NCBI GenBank assembly: GCA_965205265.1
Contig: CBDBGH010000003.1
Location: 4,416,001-4,480,000, forward strand
Direction of reading: 5' to 3'
DNA length: 64,000 nucleotides
DNA from: Alphaproteobacteria bacterium
Lineage (GTDB): Bacteria; Pseudomonadota; Alphaproteobacteria; Bin95
The position numbers and the translations under genes were made by a program. How positions within the stretch are numbered: the stretch's first letter is position 1; each line of letters starts with the position of its first letter. Below the pieces are notes generated by a model. The model ran no database searches and was not told where the DNA came from. It was given only the letters and a program-made list of their open reading frames with translations. Below are positions 18,690 to 30,762 of this stretch, piece by piece.

Positions 18690-19856
18690 TCAACCGGCCC
18701 CGAGCGTCTCGACGGCGTGGCGGCCGATGATGTTGCGCTGAATCTGGTTGGTGCCTTCGACGATCTGGAGCACCTTGGCGTCGCGGAAGAAGCGCTCGAC
18801 GGGATTGTCGGCCGAAATGCCGGCTGAGCCCCAGAGCTGCACCGCGTCGGTCGCGACCGACATGGCGGCGTCGGTCGCCAGGCATTTCGCCATCGCCGCC
18901 CAGGGCGCAAGCGCGCGGCCCGAAACGCCCGTATCCGCAAGCGCGGCGGCCTTGTAAACCATCTGCCGGGCGGCCTCGGTGCGCATGGTCATGTCGGCCA
19001 GCATCCAGCGCACGCCCTGGAAGTCCGCGACCGGCTGCCCGAACGCCTCGCGCCCGCGCACGAACGCCGCCGCCAGGTCGAGCGCGCCCTGCGCCAGCCC
19101 CACGCCGCGCGCGCCGATCATCGGGCGCGAACGGTTGAACGCCTCCATCACCGTCAGCCACCCCTCGCCCTCCGGCCCGATGCGGTTCTCCTCCGGCACG
19201 AAGGCGCCGTCGAAGAAGAGCGGGCAGGAGGGGATGCCGCGCGAGCCGAGCTTGCGCTCCAGAGCGCCGATGGTGAGGCCGGGCGTTCCCTTCTCGACCG
19301 CGAACACGGAAATGCCGCGGTGGCGCGCGCCCGGATCGGTCTTTGCCGCGACGACGATGAAATCGGCTTCCGGGCTGTTGGTGCACCAGGCCTTGGCCCC
19401 GTCGAGGCGGTAGCCGCCCGGCTCGCGGACCGCGCGCGTGCGGATGCCGGCGGCGTCGGAGCCGGATTGCGGCTCGGTGACGGAGATCGCGGCCTTCAGA
19501 TCGCCACTAGCGAGGCCCGGCAGCCAGCGCTCATGCTGCTCGGGTGAGCCGCCCGCCAGCACGGCGGCAAAGGGCGTCCACTGGACGAGCAGCAGATAGG
19601 CGGTGTTGTAGCACACGCGCCCCAGCTCCTCGATGACGAGACAGCCGGAGAGCACGCTGTCCGCGCCGCCATAGCGCTCCGGGAAGGGCAGGGCGAAAAG
19701 GCCGAGGTCCCGCAGCGCCGCGAACATGTCATGCGGATAGGCCGCCTCCCGGTCGATCTCCGCCGCGCGCGGCACCACCTTCTCGCGGGCAAACGCGCGC
19801 ACCGTGTCGCGTAGCAGAAGCTGTTCCCCGCTGAGCCCGAAATCCTCCGCGAGCAC
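18690..19856 (-). CDS. acyl-CoA dehydrogenase
   Basis: TEPQSGSD, R.AFGQP...FQG, ERFFRDAK..QI.EGT.QIQR. Confidence 0.9.
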   Translation of the reverse strand: MLAEDFGLSGEQLLLRDTVRAFAREKVVPRAAEIDREAAYPHDMFAALRDLGLFALPFPERYGGADSVLSGCLVIEELGRVCYNTAYLLLVQWTPFAAVLAGGSPEQHERWLPGLASGDLKAAISVTEPQSGSDAAGIRTRAVREPGGYRLDGAKAWCTNSPEADFIVVAAKTDPGARHRGISVFAVEKGTPGLTIGALERKLGSRGIPSCPLFFDGAFVPEENRIGPEGEGWLTVMEAFNRSRPMIGARGVGLAQGALDLAAAFVRGREAFGQPVADFQGVRWMLADMTMRTEAARQMVYKAAALADTGVSGRALAPWAAMAKCLATDAAMSVATDAVQLWGSAGISADNPVERFFRDAKVLQIVEGTNQIQRNIIGRHAVETLGAG

Positions 19857-19868
19857 TATGCGGCTGCC

Positions 19869-20984
19869 CTACTCCGCAGCGGCGGCGAGCGGCGGGGCGG
19901 CGCCGATCTCGACGCCGGTGTCGTGTGCCTTGAGGCGGGGCAGCACCTTCTCTGCGAAGAGGCGCTGGTTCTCGCGCGCGATGTCGTAAGGCATGCCGCC
20001 ATAGGAAAGCGCGGCCAGGAAGCCGCCGCAGCCCGCGCGCTCGACATTGGCGATCACGCCGTCCACCACCTCGTCCGGCGTGCCCCAGACCTGGAGGTCG
20101 GCGAGGAAGCGCACGAAGGTGTCGATGCCGTGCTTGCGGATGTTGCGGGCGAGCGCGCCGTAATATTCGTAGCCCGGAATGTCGGCCAGGCCCTCATTGT
20201 GGAACTCGTAGTGCTTGAGGGCCGAGCGGCAGTAGCCGACGATGTAGTTCTCATACATCTCGCGCGCCTTCTCGCGGTCCTCATGCACGGCGACGAAGCT
20301 CGCGATGATCGGCTTCGGCGCTTCCTCGCCGCCATTGTGCCGGCGGTAGAGCTCGCGGTAGTTCTCCAGCTCCTCCAGCGTCTTCTCCCAGGGCTTCTGG
20401 GCGGTGATGAGGATGCCGATGCCGAGCCGGGCCATGATCTCCGCCGACTGCGGCGAGACGGAGGCGGCGTAGGTGCGCCCCCGGAAGGACTTGAAGGGCC
20501 GGGGGCGGATATCCGTCGGCGGCTGGCGGAGATGCTTGCCGTCGCTCTCGATGGTGCCGGTCTCCAGCGCGCCCATCACCGCCTCGGCATATTCGACGAA
20601 GCGCTCGCGGCTCTCGCCCATTTCGAGGCGGAAGCCGTTGAACTCCACCCGCCCGAGGCCGCGCCCCATGCCGAAGATCGCCCGCCCGTCGGACAGGTGG
20701 TCGAGCAGCGCGATCTCCTCCGCGATCCGGACCGGCTCGTGCCAGGGCAGCACGACCACCATGGAGCCGAGGCCGACGCGCGTGGTCCGCCCGGCCATGT
20801 AGGTCAGGAACTGGGTCACGCTCGGGCACATGGTGTAGTCGGTGAAATGGTGCTCGGCCGACCAGATGCTGTCGAAGCCCATCGGCTCCGCCGCCTCGGC
20901 CAGCGCCACCTCCTGCCGCCAGACCTCGCGGTCGGTGAGTTTCCTGTCGGGATTCTGGAAAAAGCAGCTCAGGCCGACATGCAT
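19869..20984 (-). CDS. LLM class flavin-dependent oxidoreductase
   Basis: GFDSIWSAEHHF and PVRIAEEIALLDHLSDGR motifs. Confidence 0.9.
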   Translation of the reverse strand: MHVGLSCFFQNPDRKLTDREVWRQEVALAEAAEPMGFDSIWSAEHHFTDYTMCPSVTQFLTYMAGRTTRVGLGSMVVVLPWHEPVRIAEEIALLDHLSDGRAIFGMGRGLGRVEFNGFRLEMGESRERFVEYAEAVMGALETGTIESDGKHLRQPPTDIRPRPFKSFRGRTYAASVSPQSAEIMARLGIGILITAQKPWEKTLEELENYRELYRRHNGGEEAPKPIIASFVAVHEDREKAREMYENYIVGYCRSALKHYEFHNEGLADIPGYEYYGALARNIRKHGIDTFVRFLADLQVWGTPDEVVDGVIANVERAGCGGFLAALSYGGMPYDIARENQRLFAEKVLPRLKAHDTGVEIGAAPPLAAAAE

Positions 20985-21094
20985 GGCAAAGACGCGCTCC
21001 CCGGGTCGCTATGGGCGGTGTTCGCGAAGTCCCGAACCTGCCCCGTTCCGCGCCTTCGGGTCAAGTCGCGGGCGGGAGCCGCCAGGCTGGACCG

Positions 21095-21475
21095 CTATCG
21101 GAATGTTCGAATGAAGCCGTCTCCAATCTCTACGAACAGTCGCCGCGGCGAGGGGGTCTCCGCCAACGCCCATTCATGTTCGATCAACGACATCGCCGCC
21201 TCCACTCGCCGGGCGGCGATCGTCTCGCGGCAGGACAGCTTTATCAGGCTGAGCCGTCTGTAACGCCTTTGGCCGACGCCGCGCCGCTGGGCCAGTTTGC
21301 GCATATCGCCGTCCAAGGCGACCAGAATAGCTTCGTTTTCCATCGAAATCGTCGCAACGAGAGGGTCCGGCGAGCCGGGTTCCGCAGCATCGGGAAAATA
21401 GATGACCTCATGTCCTCTGTCCTCGAAACAGAGCCCAACGGATTTCGGTACCCCTTCGTCCAGAAATAATTTCAA
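21095..21475 (-). CDS. DUF5615/VapC45-like PIN domain toxin
   Basis: MKLFLDEGVP...GHEV...PD.....ILVALDGD. Confidence 0.7.
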   Translation of the reverse strand: MKLFLDEGVPKSVGLCFEDRGHEVIYFPDAAEPGSPDPLVATISMENEAILVALDGDMRKLAQRRGVGQRRYRRLSLIKLSCRETIAARRVEAAMSLIEHEWALAETPSPRRLFVEIGDGFIRTFR

Positions 21476-21492
21476 GCCTTAATCTCGCGCAT

Positions 21493-22164
21493 TCAGGCGG
21501 CAATGCCGTCGCCTTCATGCCGGAGTGCGGATTCGATATCGGCTTCGGTAAGGGCTGGATACTCCTCTTGTATCTGCTGTACTGTATATCCCTCTTTGGC
21601 AAATTCCTTTATGGAGTCTACTCGAATCCTCGTGCCGGCTATGACCCAAGCGTTGTGGCAGACGCTTCGAGACCTTATCACAACCCCTGAAGCATCGTTG
21701 CTGCGTTCCCTCATGGTCTCGATGTCCCGCTTTGTATCGGAAACGATGACTCGAAGAGGGATTCCGATCACATACTGCTTGCTGACGATTTCGCGATATT
21801 GCGTCGTATCCGGTTCGACAAATACGACACGACGATTCAGCACAAAGAGTTCCGTCGCCCCCCATTTTTCTTCCGACATCTGAGGAAGCTCTTTGGCGGC
21901 TTTGCGAAGATGCTGCAAGGAAACCCCATATTGATTGCGGAGGACATTGAGCACGCGCAGGGAAACGACATCCGTAAAGGAATAGATTCTGCTGAATGCA
22001 ATCCTCCTGTTCTCTTCCGCAAGCGAAGGGGCGAAGAAACCCGTCCGGTCCCAGTATCGAAGCTGTCGCTTCGAAATCCCGGTAAGCCGTTGCACCTGGT
22101 CTTCGCTAAAGGCCGAAACGATCACTGGAACCGCCGCACATGGATACCTCCGCTGCGGAATCAT
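21493..22164 (-). CDS. MerR-type HTH + DUF433 antitoxin-like protein
   Basis: N-terminal RLTGISKRQLRYWDRTG...RIYSF.D (MerR HTH); C-terminal IAGTRIRV...GYT..QI.EEYP.LT..DI (DUF433). Confidence 0.75.
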   Translation of the reverse strand: MIPQRRYPCAAVPVIVSAFSEDQVQRLTGISKRQLRYWDRTGFFAPSLAEENRRIAFSRIYSFTDVVSLRVLNVLRNQYGVSLQHLRKAAKELPQMSEEKWGATELFVLNRRVVFVEPDTTQYREIVSKQYVIGIPLRVIVSDTKRDIETMRERSNDASGVVIRSRSVCHNAWVIAGTRIRVDSIKEFAKEGYTVQQIQEEYPALTEADIESALRHEGDGIAA

Positions 22165-22215
22165 ATGTCAGCGAAATCCCGAAAGTCAAAACGAGCCGAA
22201 GGCCTCTGCCCCGAC

Positions 22216-25841
<3,626 letters not shown>

Positions 25842-25844
25842 GGA

Positions 25845-26966
25845 TCACACGCGCATCGGCATCAGCACATAGAGCGCGCTCGAATCCACCATGTCGCGCA
25901 CCACTGTAGGCGCTGCCGGGTCGGCGAGCTCGAGCGCCGCCGTGCCGCCTTCGATGCGGCGCAGAATTTCGAGCAGGTAGCGGGCGTTGAAGCCGATCTC
26001 CATCGGCGCCCCGTCGAACCGCACGTCGATTTCCTCCGTCGCCGTGCCGTAGGTCGGGTCGGCGGCGGAAAGCTGGACGCTGCCCGTGTCGATGGCGAGC
26101 TTGACCGCCCGGGTGCGCTCGGAGGAGATCGCCGACACGCGGTCCACCGCCTCGGCCAGCGTACCGCTTTCGACTTCGAGCCGCTTGTCGTTGCCGGCCG
26201 GGATCACGCGCTCATAGTCGGGGTAAGTGCCGTCGATGAGCTTGGAGGTGAGCTCGACGCTGCCGATGACGAACCGGATTCCGGTTTCGGACAGCGCAAT
26301 CGAGACATCCCCGTCTTCGCCCTCCAGCAGCTTGCGGAGCTCCTGCACCGCCTTGCGCGGCACGATCACGCCGCCCGGCATGTCCTCCGCGCCCGCCGGC
26401 CTCGGCACCTCGACCCGCGCCAGCCGGTGACCGTCGGTCGCGACCGCGCGCAGTACCGGCACGCCCTCATGCTCCGTGGTGTGCAGGTAGATGCCGTTCA
26501 GGTAGTAGCGCGTTTCCTCGGTGGAGGCGGCGAAGCCGGTCCGGTCGATCAGGCCGCGCAGGTCCTCGGCGGCAAGCTGGAAACGGCAGGCGAACTCGGC
26601 CTTGGACAGCTCCGGGAACTCTTCCGGCGGCAGAGCGGAAAGCGTGAAGGTGGACCGCCCGCAGCGCAGCCTTATGCGGTCCGAGCCGTCCTCGGTCTCC
26701 AGCTCCACCTGCGCGCCGTCGGGCAGCTTGCGGGCGATGTCGTAGAGCACCTGCGCCGGCAGCGTGGTGCCGCCGCCCGAGACCGCGTCGGCGTCCACAG
26801 TCTCCACGGCGCCCAGCTCCAGGTCGGTCGCCGAGAGGCGCAGCCGCCCGTCCGCCGCTTCGAGCATGACATTGCCCAGAATCGGGATGGTGTTGGCCCG
26901 TTCGACCACGCTCTGCGCATGGCTGAGCGATTTCAGGAACTGGCTGCGTTCGATGGTGAGCTTCAT
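25845..26966 (-). CDS. dnaN: DNA polymerase III beta clamp
   Basis: MKLTIER, ATDLE, ETRYYLNG, ATDGHRLA, VLMPMRV. Confidence 0.98.
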   Translation of the reverse strand: MKLTIERSQFLKSLSHAQSVVERANTIPILGNVMLEAADGRLRLSATDLELGAVETVDADAVSGGGTTLPAQVLYDIARKLPDGAQVELETEDGSDRIRLRCGRSTFTLSALPPEEFPELSKAEFACRFQLAAEDLRGLIDRTGFAASTEETRYYLNGIYLHTTEHEGVPVLRAVATDGHRLARVEVPRPAGAEDMPGGVIVPRKAVQELRKLLEGEDGDVSIALSETGIRFVIGSVELTSKLIDGTYPDYERVIPAGNDKRLEVESGTLAEAVDRVSAISSERTRAVKLAIDTGSVQLSAADPTYGTATEEIDVRFDGAPMEIGFNARYLLEILRRIEGGTAALELADPAAPTVVRDMVDSSALYVLMPMRV

Positions 26967-27051
26967 CGTCGCTCCCGGAGCGGCTATGGTGTCCAGTGGC
27001 GGGCTTTTGTTAGCCTTCCACTATAACAGCCCCGATTCGGGAGGGGAATCC

Positions 27052-27813
27052 ATGTTGAGCACCACCGAGTTGGAAAAATACCACACGGACGGCTATGTGA
27101 CGCCCGGTTTCCGGCTGCCCGAACGGGACCTTGAGGATATCCGCGCCCATCACGGCCGGCTGGTCGAACGCCACCCCGAATACCGCGACTACTGCCCGAA
27201 CCTGCTGGCCCACGACCTGGCCTTCCTGAACTGGGCGCGGGTGCCGGAAATCCTCGACATGGTGGAGCAGGTGCTGGGCCCGGACATCGCGCTCTGGAAC
27301 TCCAGCTTCTTCGCCAAGCCGGCGCTGAACGGGCGCAAGACGCCCTGGCACCAGGACGGCGAATACTGGCCGGTGCGCCCGCTCGCCACCTGCACGGTGT
27401 GGATCGCCGTCGATGCCTCGACGCAGGAGAATGGCTGCCTGAACGTGCTGCGCGGCTCGCACCGGGACAGGCGGCTGCGGGCGCATGACATCAATGACGA
27501 CCCGGCCTACACGCTGAACCAGGAGCTGCGCGAGGAGGAGTTCGACGAAGACCTCGCCGTGCCCATCGAGCTGGAGGCGGGGCAGGTTTCGTTGCACGAC
27601 GTCTATCTGGTCCACGGCTCCGAGGCCAACAACTCCCCGAAGCCGCGCCGCGGCATGACGCTCCGCTACATGCCGACCACCTCCGTGTTCGACCGCGGGA
27701 TCGCCGCCGCCCTCGCCCGCGACAAGGGCCTCGTCAACCACGCGGACCGCACGCTCTTCCTCATGCGCGGCGAAGACCGCTCCGGCCAAAACGACTTCCG
27801 CATCCGCCTTTGA
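27052..27813 (+). CDS. phytanoyl-CoA dioxygenase (PhyH) family protein
   Basis: PWHQDG (HxD), ENGCL..RGSH, VHGS..N.S..PRR. Confidence 0.9.
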   Translation: MLSTTELEKYHTDGYVTPGFRLPERDLEDIRAHHGRLVERHPEYRDYCPNLLAHDLAFLNWARVPEILDMVEQVLGPDIALWNSSFFAKPALNGRKTPWHQDGEYWPVRPLATCTVWIAVDASTQENGCLNVLRGSHRDRRLRAHDINDDPAYTLNQELREEEFDEDLAVPIELEAGQVSLHDVYLVHGSEANNSPKPRRGMTLRYMPTTSVFDRGIAAALARDKGLVNHADRTLFLMRGEDRSGQNDFRIRL

Positions 27814-27844
27814 GGCGGCCGGGCGCTCGGAGGACCAGGCGGCT

Positions 27845-29044
27845 GTGACGAGCGAAGGACCGGACCTCGAAGGGCTGCGCTTCTTCAGCGAGCCTTCGGA
27901 CCGCGAGCGCGCGGCGTTCTTCGTGGGCCGCGCCGGCGAAATCGAGGACATCGAACGCGCCCTGGCGCGGGCGCTGCGCCACGCAAAGGCCGGGCAGCGC
28001 TCCGCAGGCGCCACCCGCCTGATCCAGGGCGCGCCGGGAGCCGGAAAATCCGCCCTGCTTGCCTATCTGGAGGAGACATGGACGCAGGCCGGCAGGCAGG
28101 CGCCGCACGTCCTCCTCGTTCATCTGGGGGAGCTTGCAGACCCGGACCGCATGGCACAGGCCGTTGCGGCGCGTCTCGACCCGCGCCGGGCGGAACGGTT
28201 CCGGCGCACGGAGACCCGCAGCGGCAACATAGGCATCAGCGGCATCGGCGGGGCCTGGGCCGCCGAAACCGCGCCGCCGGCCGGGTTCGGCGCGCTGCGC
28301 GATATGTTTCCGCCGGAGCGCTGGGAACGCCCGCTCTGCCTGCTGGTCGATGAGGTGCAGAATCTGGAGCCCGATCAGGCGGGGATCGTCCGGCGCCTGC
28401 ATGAGGCGGTGGACGGCCTGCCGGTCGTGCCGGTGCTGGCGGGGCTCGCCAACGCGCAGCATGTACTGGCGAAGCGCGGTATTTCCCGGCTGTCCGTCGG
28501 GGCCGTCCACATGCTGGGGCGGCTGGAGCCGGGCCAGCCGGCGGCCTCCGTGAGAATGATGCTGGAGCGCTTCCGGGTCGAGGCGGCCGAAGCGGAGGCG
28601 GCGCGTTGGGCGGCCCTTCTGGAAGAGCAGTCGGACCGCTGGCCGCAGCATCTCGGCAACGGGATGCGCGCGCTGGCGGAAGGCCTGCTGGCGTCCGGAG
28701 GCGCGCTCGCTCCCGTTGACGAAACGGCGGTTCTGGACGGGGCGGAGGAACGGCGGCTGGACTCCTACCGGGCGCGGCGCAGCCCGGAGATGCTCGGCTC
28801 CGGCCTTCTTTTGGCAGCCGTGATGGAAGCGATTCCCGAGGACGGGCTCGGCTATGTTGAGACACTTCGCATCATTGAGGAGAACGCCGGCGCCGTGAGC
28901 GGCCGGCGGCTGCCGCCCGGCATGGAGCCGGAGGAATATCTGGACCATCTGGTCCACCGGGGCGCGCTTCAGGACGACGGAACCGGACGCCTCGCCTGCC
29001 CGATTCCGAGTTTCCGCCGATTCCTGGCCGAGGCCGGGAGCTGA
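27845..29044 (+). CDS. AAA/P-loop ATPase (AAA_16-like) with C-terminal helical/wHTH region
   Basis: FFVGR..EI, Walker A GAPGAGKS, Walker B LLVDEVQ, WPQHL, CPIPSF. Confidence 0.75.
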   Translation: MTSEGPDLEGLRFFSEPSDRERAAFFVGRAGEIEDIERALARALRHAKAGQRSAGATRLIQGAPGAGKSALLAYLEETWTQAGRQAPHVLLVHLGELADPDRMAQAVAARLDPRRAERFRRTETRSGNIGISGIGGAWAAETAPPAGFGALRDMFPPERWERPLCLLVDEVQNLEPDQAGIVRRLHEAVDGLPVVPVLAGLANAQHVLAKRGISRLSVGAVHMLGRLEPGQPAASVRMMLERFRVEAAEAEAARWAALLEEQSDRWPQHLGNGMRALAEGLLASGGALAPVDETAVLDGAEERRLDSYRARRSPEMLGSGLLLAAVMEAIPEDGLGYVETLRIIEENAGAVSGRRLPPGMEPEEYLDHLVHRGALQDDGTGRLACPIPSFRRFLAEAGS

Positions 29045-29059
29045 GCCGGCCGGACCCGT

Positions 29060-29509
29060 TCAGGTTGCAGAACCGGCAGGTCTTCCGGTCGGGCAGCAAG
29101 CGGCTTCCGCCTCCGCCGCCCTCGGCCCGAGCGCGTCGAAGAGGGCGTCGGTGTCGTCGGTGATCCGGTACCATTCCCAGCGCAGGCCCTGCGGCTCCTT
29201 CGCCCAGACCTTGTTCTGCGTGGCGTGGCAGCAGCGCGTTTCCTGCTCGATCAGGTGATCGATGCCGGCGGCCTGTATCCGGTCCGTGGCAGCAGCGACA
29301 TCCTCCTCCCGGAAGACCTCGACGCCCAGATGGTTGATGCGCTCGCCCGCGCCCGGGCGCTCGAACAGCACGAGCTTGAGCGGCGGGTTGTCGATGGCGA
29401 AATTGGCGTAGCCCGGCTTGCGCTTGTGGACCGGGGCCGCGAACATCTTCGAATAGAAGTCGATGGCCTCTTCGAGATCGTCCACATTGAGGGCGAGTTG
29501 CAGGCGCAT
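29060..29509 (-). CDS. ArsI/CadI family VOC metalloenzyme
   Basis: RLQLALNV, KPGYANF, INHLGVEV, CCHATQNKVW..P.G..WE.Y. Confidence 0.85.
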   Translation of the reverse strand: MRLQLALNVDDLEEAIDFYSKMFAAPVHKRKPGYANFAIDNPPLKLVLFERPGAGERINHLGVEVFREEDVAAATDRIQAAGIDHLIEQETRCCHATQNKVWAKEPQGLRWEWYRITDDTDALFDALGPRAAEAEAACCPTGRPAGSAT

Positions 29510-29520
29510 GGCAGCCTCCT

Positions 29521-29829
29521 TCAGGGCCGGGCGGGAGCCCGGCAGGCCCCCTGGCAGCAATTGTCGGTAAGGAACCGCAGCAACGCCTCCATGTGCGGAA
29601 AGTCGGCGGCATAGACGAGTTCGCGCCCCTGGCGCGCGCGCCGCACCATGCCGGCTTCCTTCAGCGCCTTCAGATGGAAGGAGAGGGTTGCCGCCGGAAT
29701 GTCGAGAGCGCCCGCAATCGCGCCGGCGGGCAAGCCCTCGGGACCCCGCTCGACCAGCAGCCGGAACACGTCGAGGCGCGTCTCCTGCGCCAGCGCGCCC
29801 AGGGCGGTAATTGCGGCGTTCTTTTCCAT
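29521..29829 (-). CDS. arsR: ArsR/SmtB family regulator
   Basis: ALAQETRL.VFRLLV, TLSFHLK, C-terminal NCC.G arsenic-binding motif. Confidence 0.88.
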   Translation of the reverse strand: MEKNAAITALGALAQETRLDVFRLLVERGPEGLPAGAIAGALDIPAATLSFHLKALKEAGMVRRARQGRELVYAADFPHMEALLRFLTDNCCQGACRAPARP

Positions 29830-29859
29830 ATTTCCAATATAGTGGAATTGACGTGCCTG

Positions 29860-30762
29860 TCAAGCGGCGTGGGACGAAGAGTCTCCGGGGACGGAAGCGG
29901 GGCGCCCCGTCTCATGCAAAGCGGGATCGGCGAAGGCAAGGCGGCGGGCCATGACGCGGACGGCTTCCGGGTTGCTGTCCACCAGCACGGCGCACCGGCC
30001 GTTGCGGACCGCCGCTTCGCCGGTCGTGCCGCTGCCGGCGAAGAAGTCGAGCACCCGATCGCCCGGATTGGAATGCACGCGGACGATGCGGTTGAGGATC
30101 GCGACGGGCTTCTGCGTCGGGTAGCCGGTCTTCTCCTTGCCGTTCGGACTCACGATGGTCTGCCACCAGACATCCGTCGGCGTCTTGCCGCGCGCCGCCT
30201 TTACAGGCCCGACAAGGCCCGGCGCCATATAGGGAATGCGGTCGATGTCGTCATAGCGGTAGGTGTAGTTGTCCGGGTCCTTCGCATACCAGAGGATGTT
30301 GTCGTGCTTGGCGGACCAGCGCCGCTTCGACCGCGCGCCGTAATCGTAGGCCCAGACGATCTCGTTGATGAAGGATTCGCGTTCGAATATGCCGTCCAGC
30401 AGCACCTTGCAGTAATGCGACTCGCGATAGTCGATATGGAGGAAGAAGGAGCCGTGGGGCGCAAGCAGCCTGTAAGCCTCCCGGAGCCGGGGCTCGATGA
30501 AGGCCATGTAGTCGTCGAAGACGTCGTCCCAGGAGGAGGCGCCAAGCCGGACCGTGCGGTAGCGCCGGCCCTGGAAACCCGTCCGGTCGCCCTCGTCGTC
30601 GCGGATGGTGCGGAGCCGCGTGCGCGCTTGCGCCTTGCCGGTGTTGAAGGGCGGGTCGATGTAGATGAGGTCGAAGCTGCCGTCCCCGAAGCGGGAGAGC
30701 ACCTCCAGATTGTCGCCCAGATGGATTTCGAGCTTCGCCGATGCGCTCTCCGGGGCCGTCAT
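29860..30762 (-). CDS. site-specific DNA methyltransferase (N6/N4, beta class), orphan
   Basis: IYIDPPF, then YPTQKP and VLDFFAGSGTT; ATG 30762 overlaps the upstream stop. Confidence 0.9.
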   Translation of the reverse strand: MTAPESASAKLEIHLGDNLEVLSRFGDGSFDLIYIDPPFNTGKAQARTRLRTIRDDEGDRTGFQGRRYRTVRLGASSWDDVFDDYMAFIEPRLREAYRLLAPHGSFFLHIDYRESHYCKVLLDGIFERESFINEIVWAYDYGARSKRRWSAKHDNILWYAKDPDNYTYRYDDIDRIPYMAPGLVGPVKAARGKTPTDVWWQTIVSPNGKEKTGYPTQKPVAILNRIVRVHSNPGDRVLDFFAGSGTTGEAAVRNGRCAVLVDSNPEAVRVMARRLAFADPALHETGRPASVPGDSSSHAA

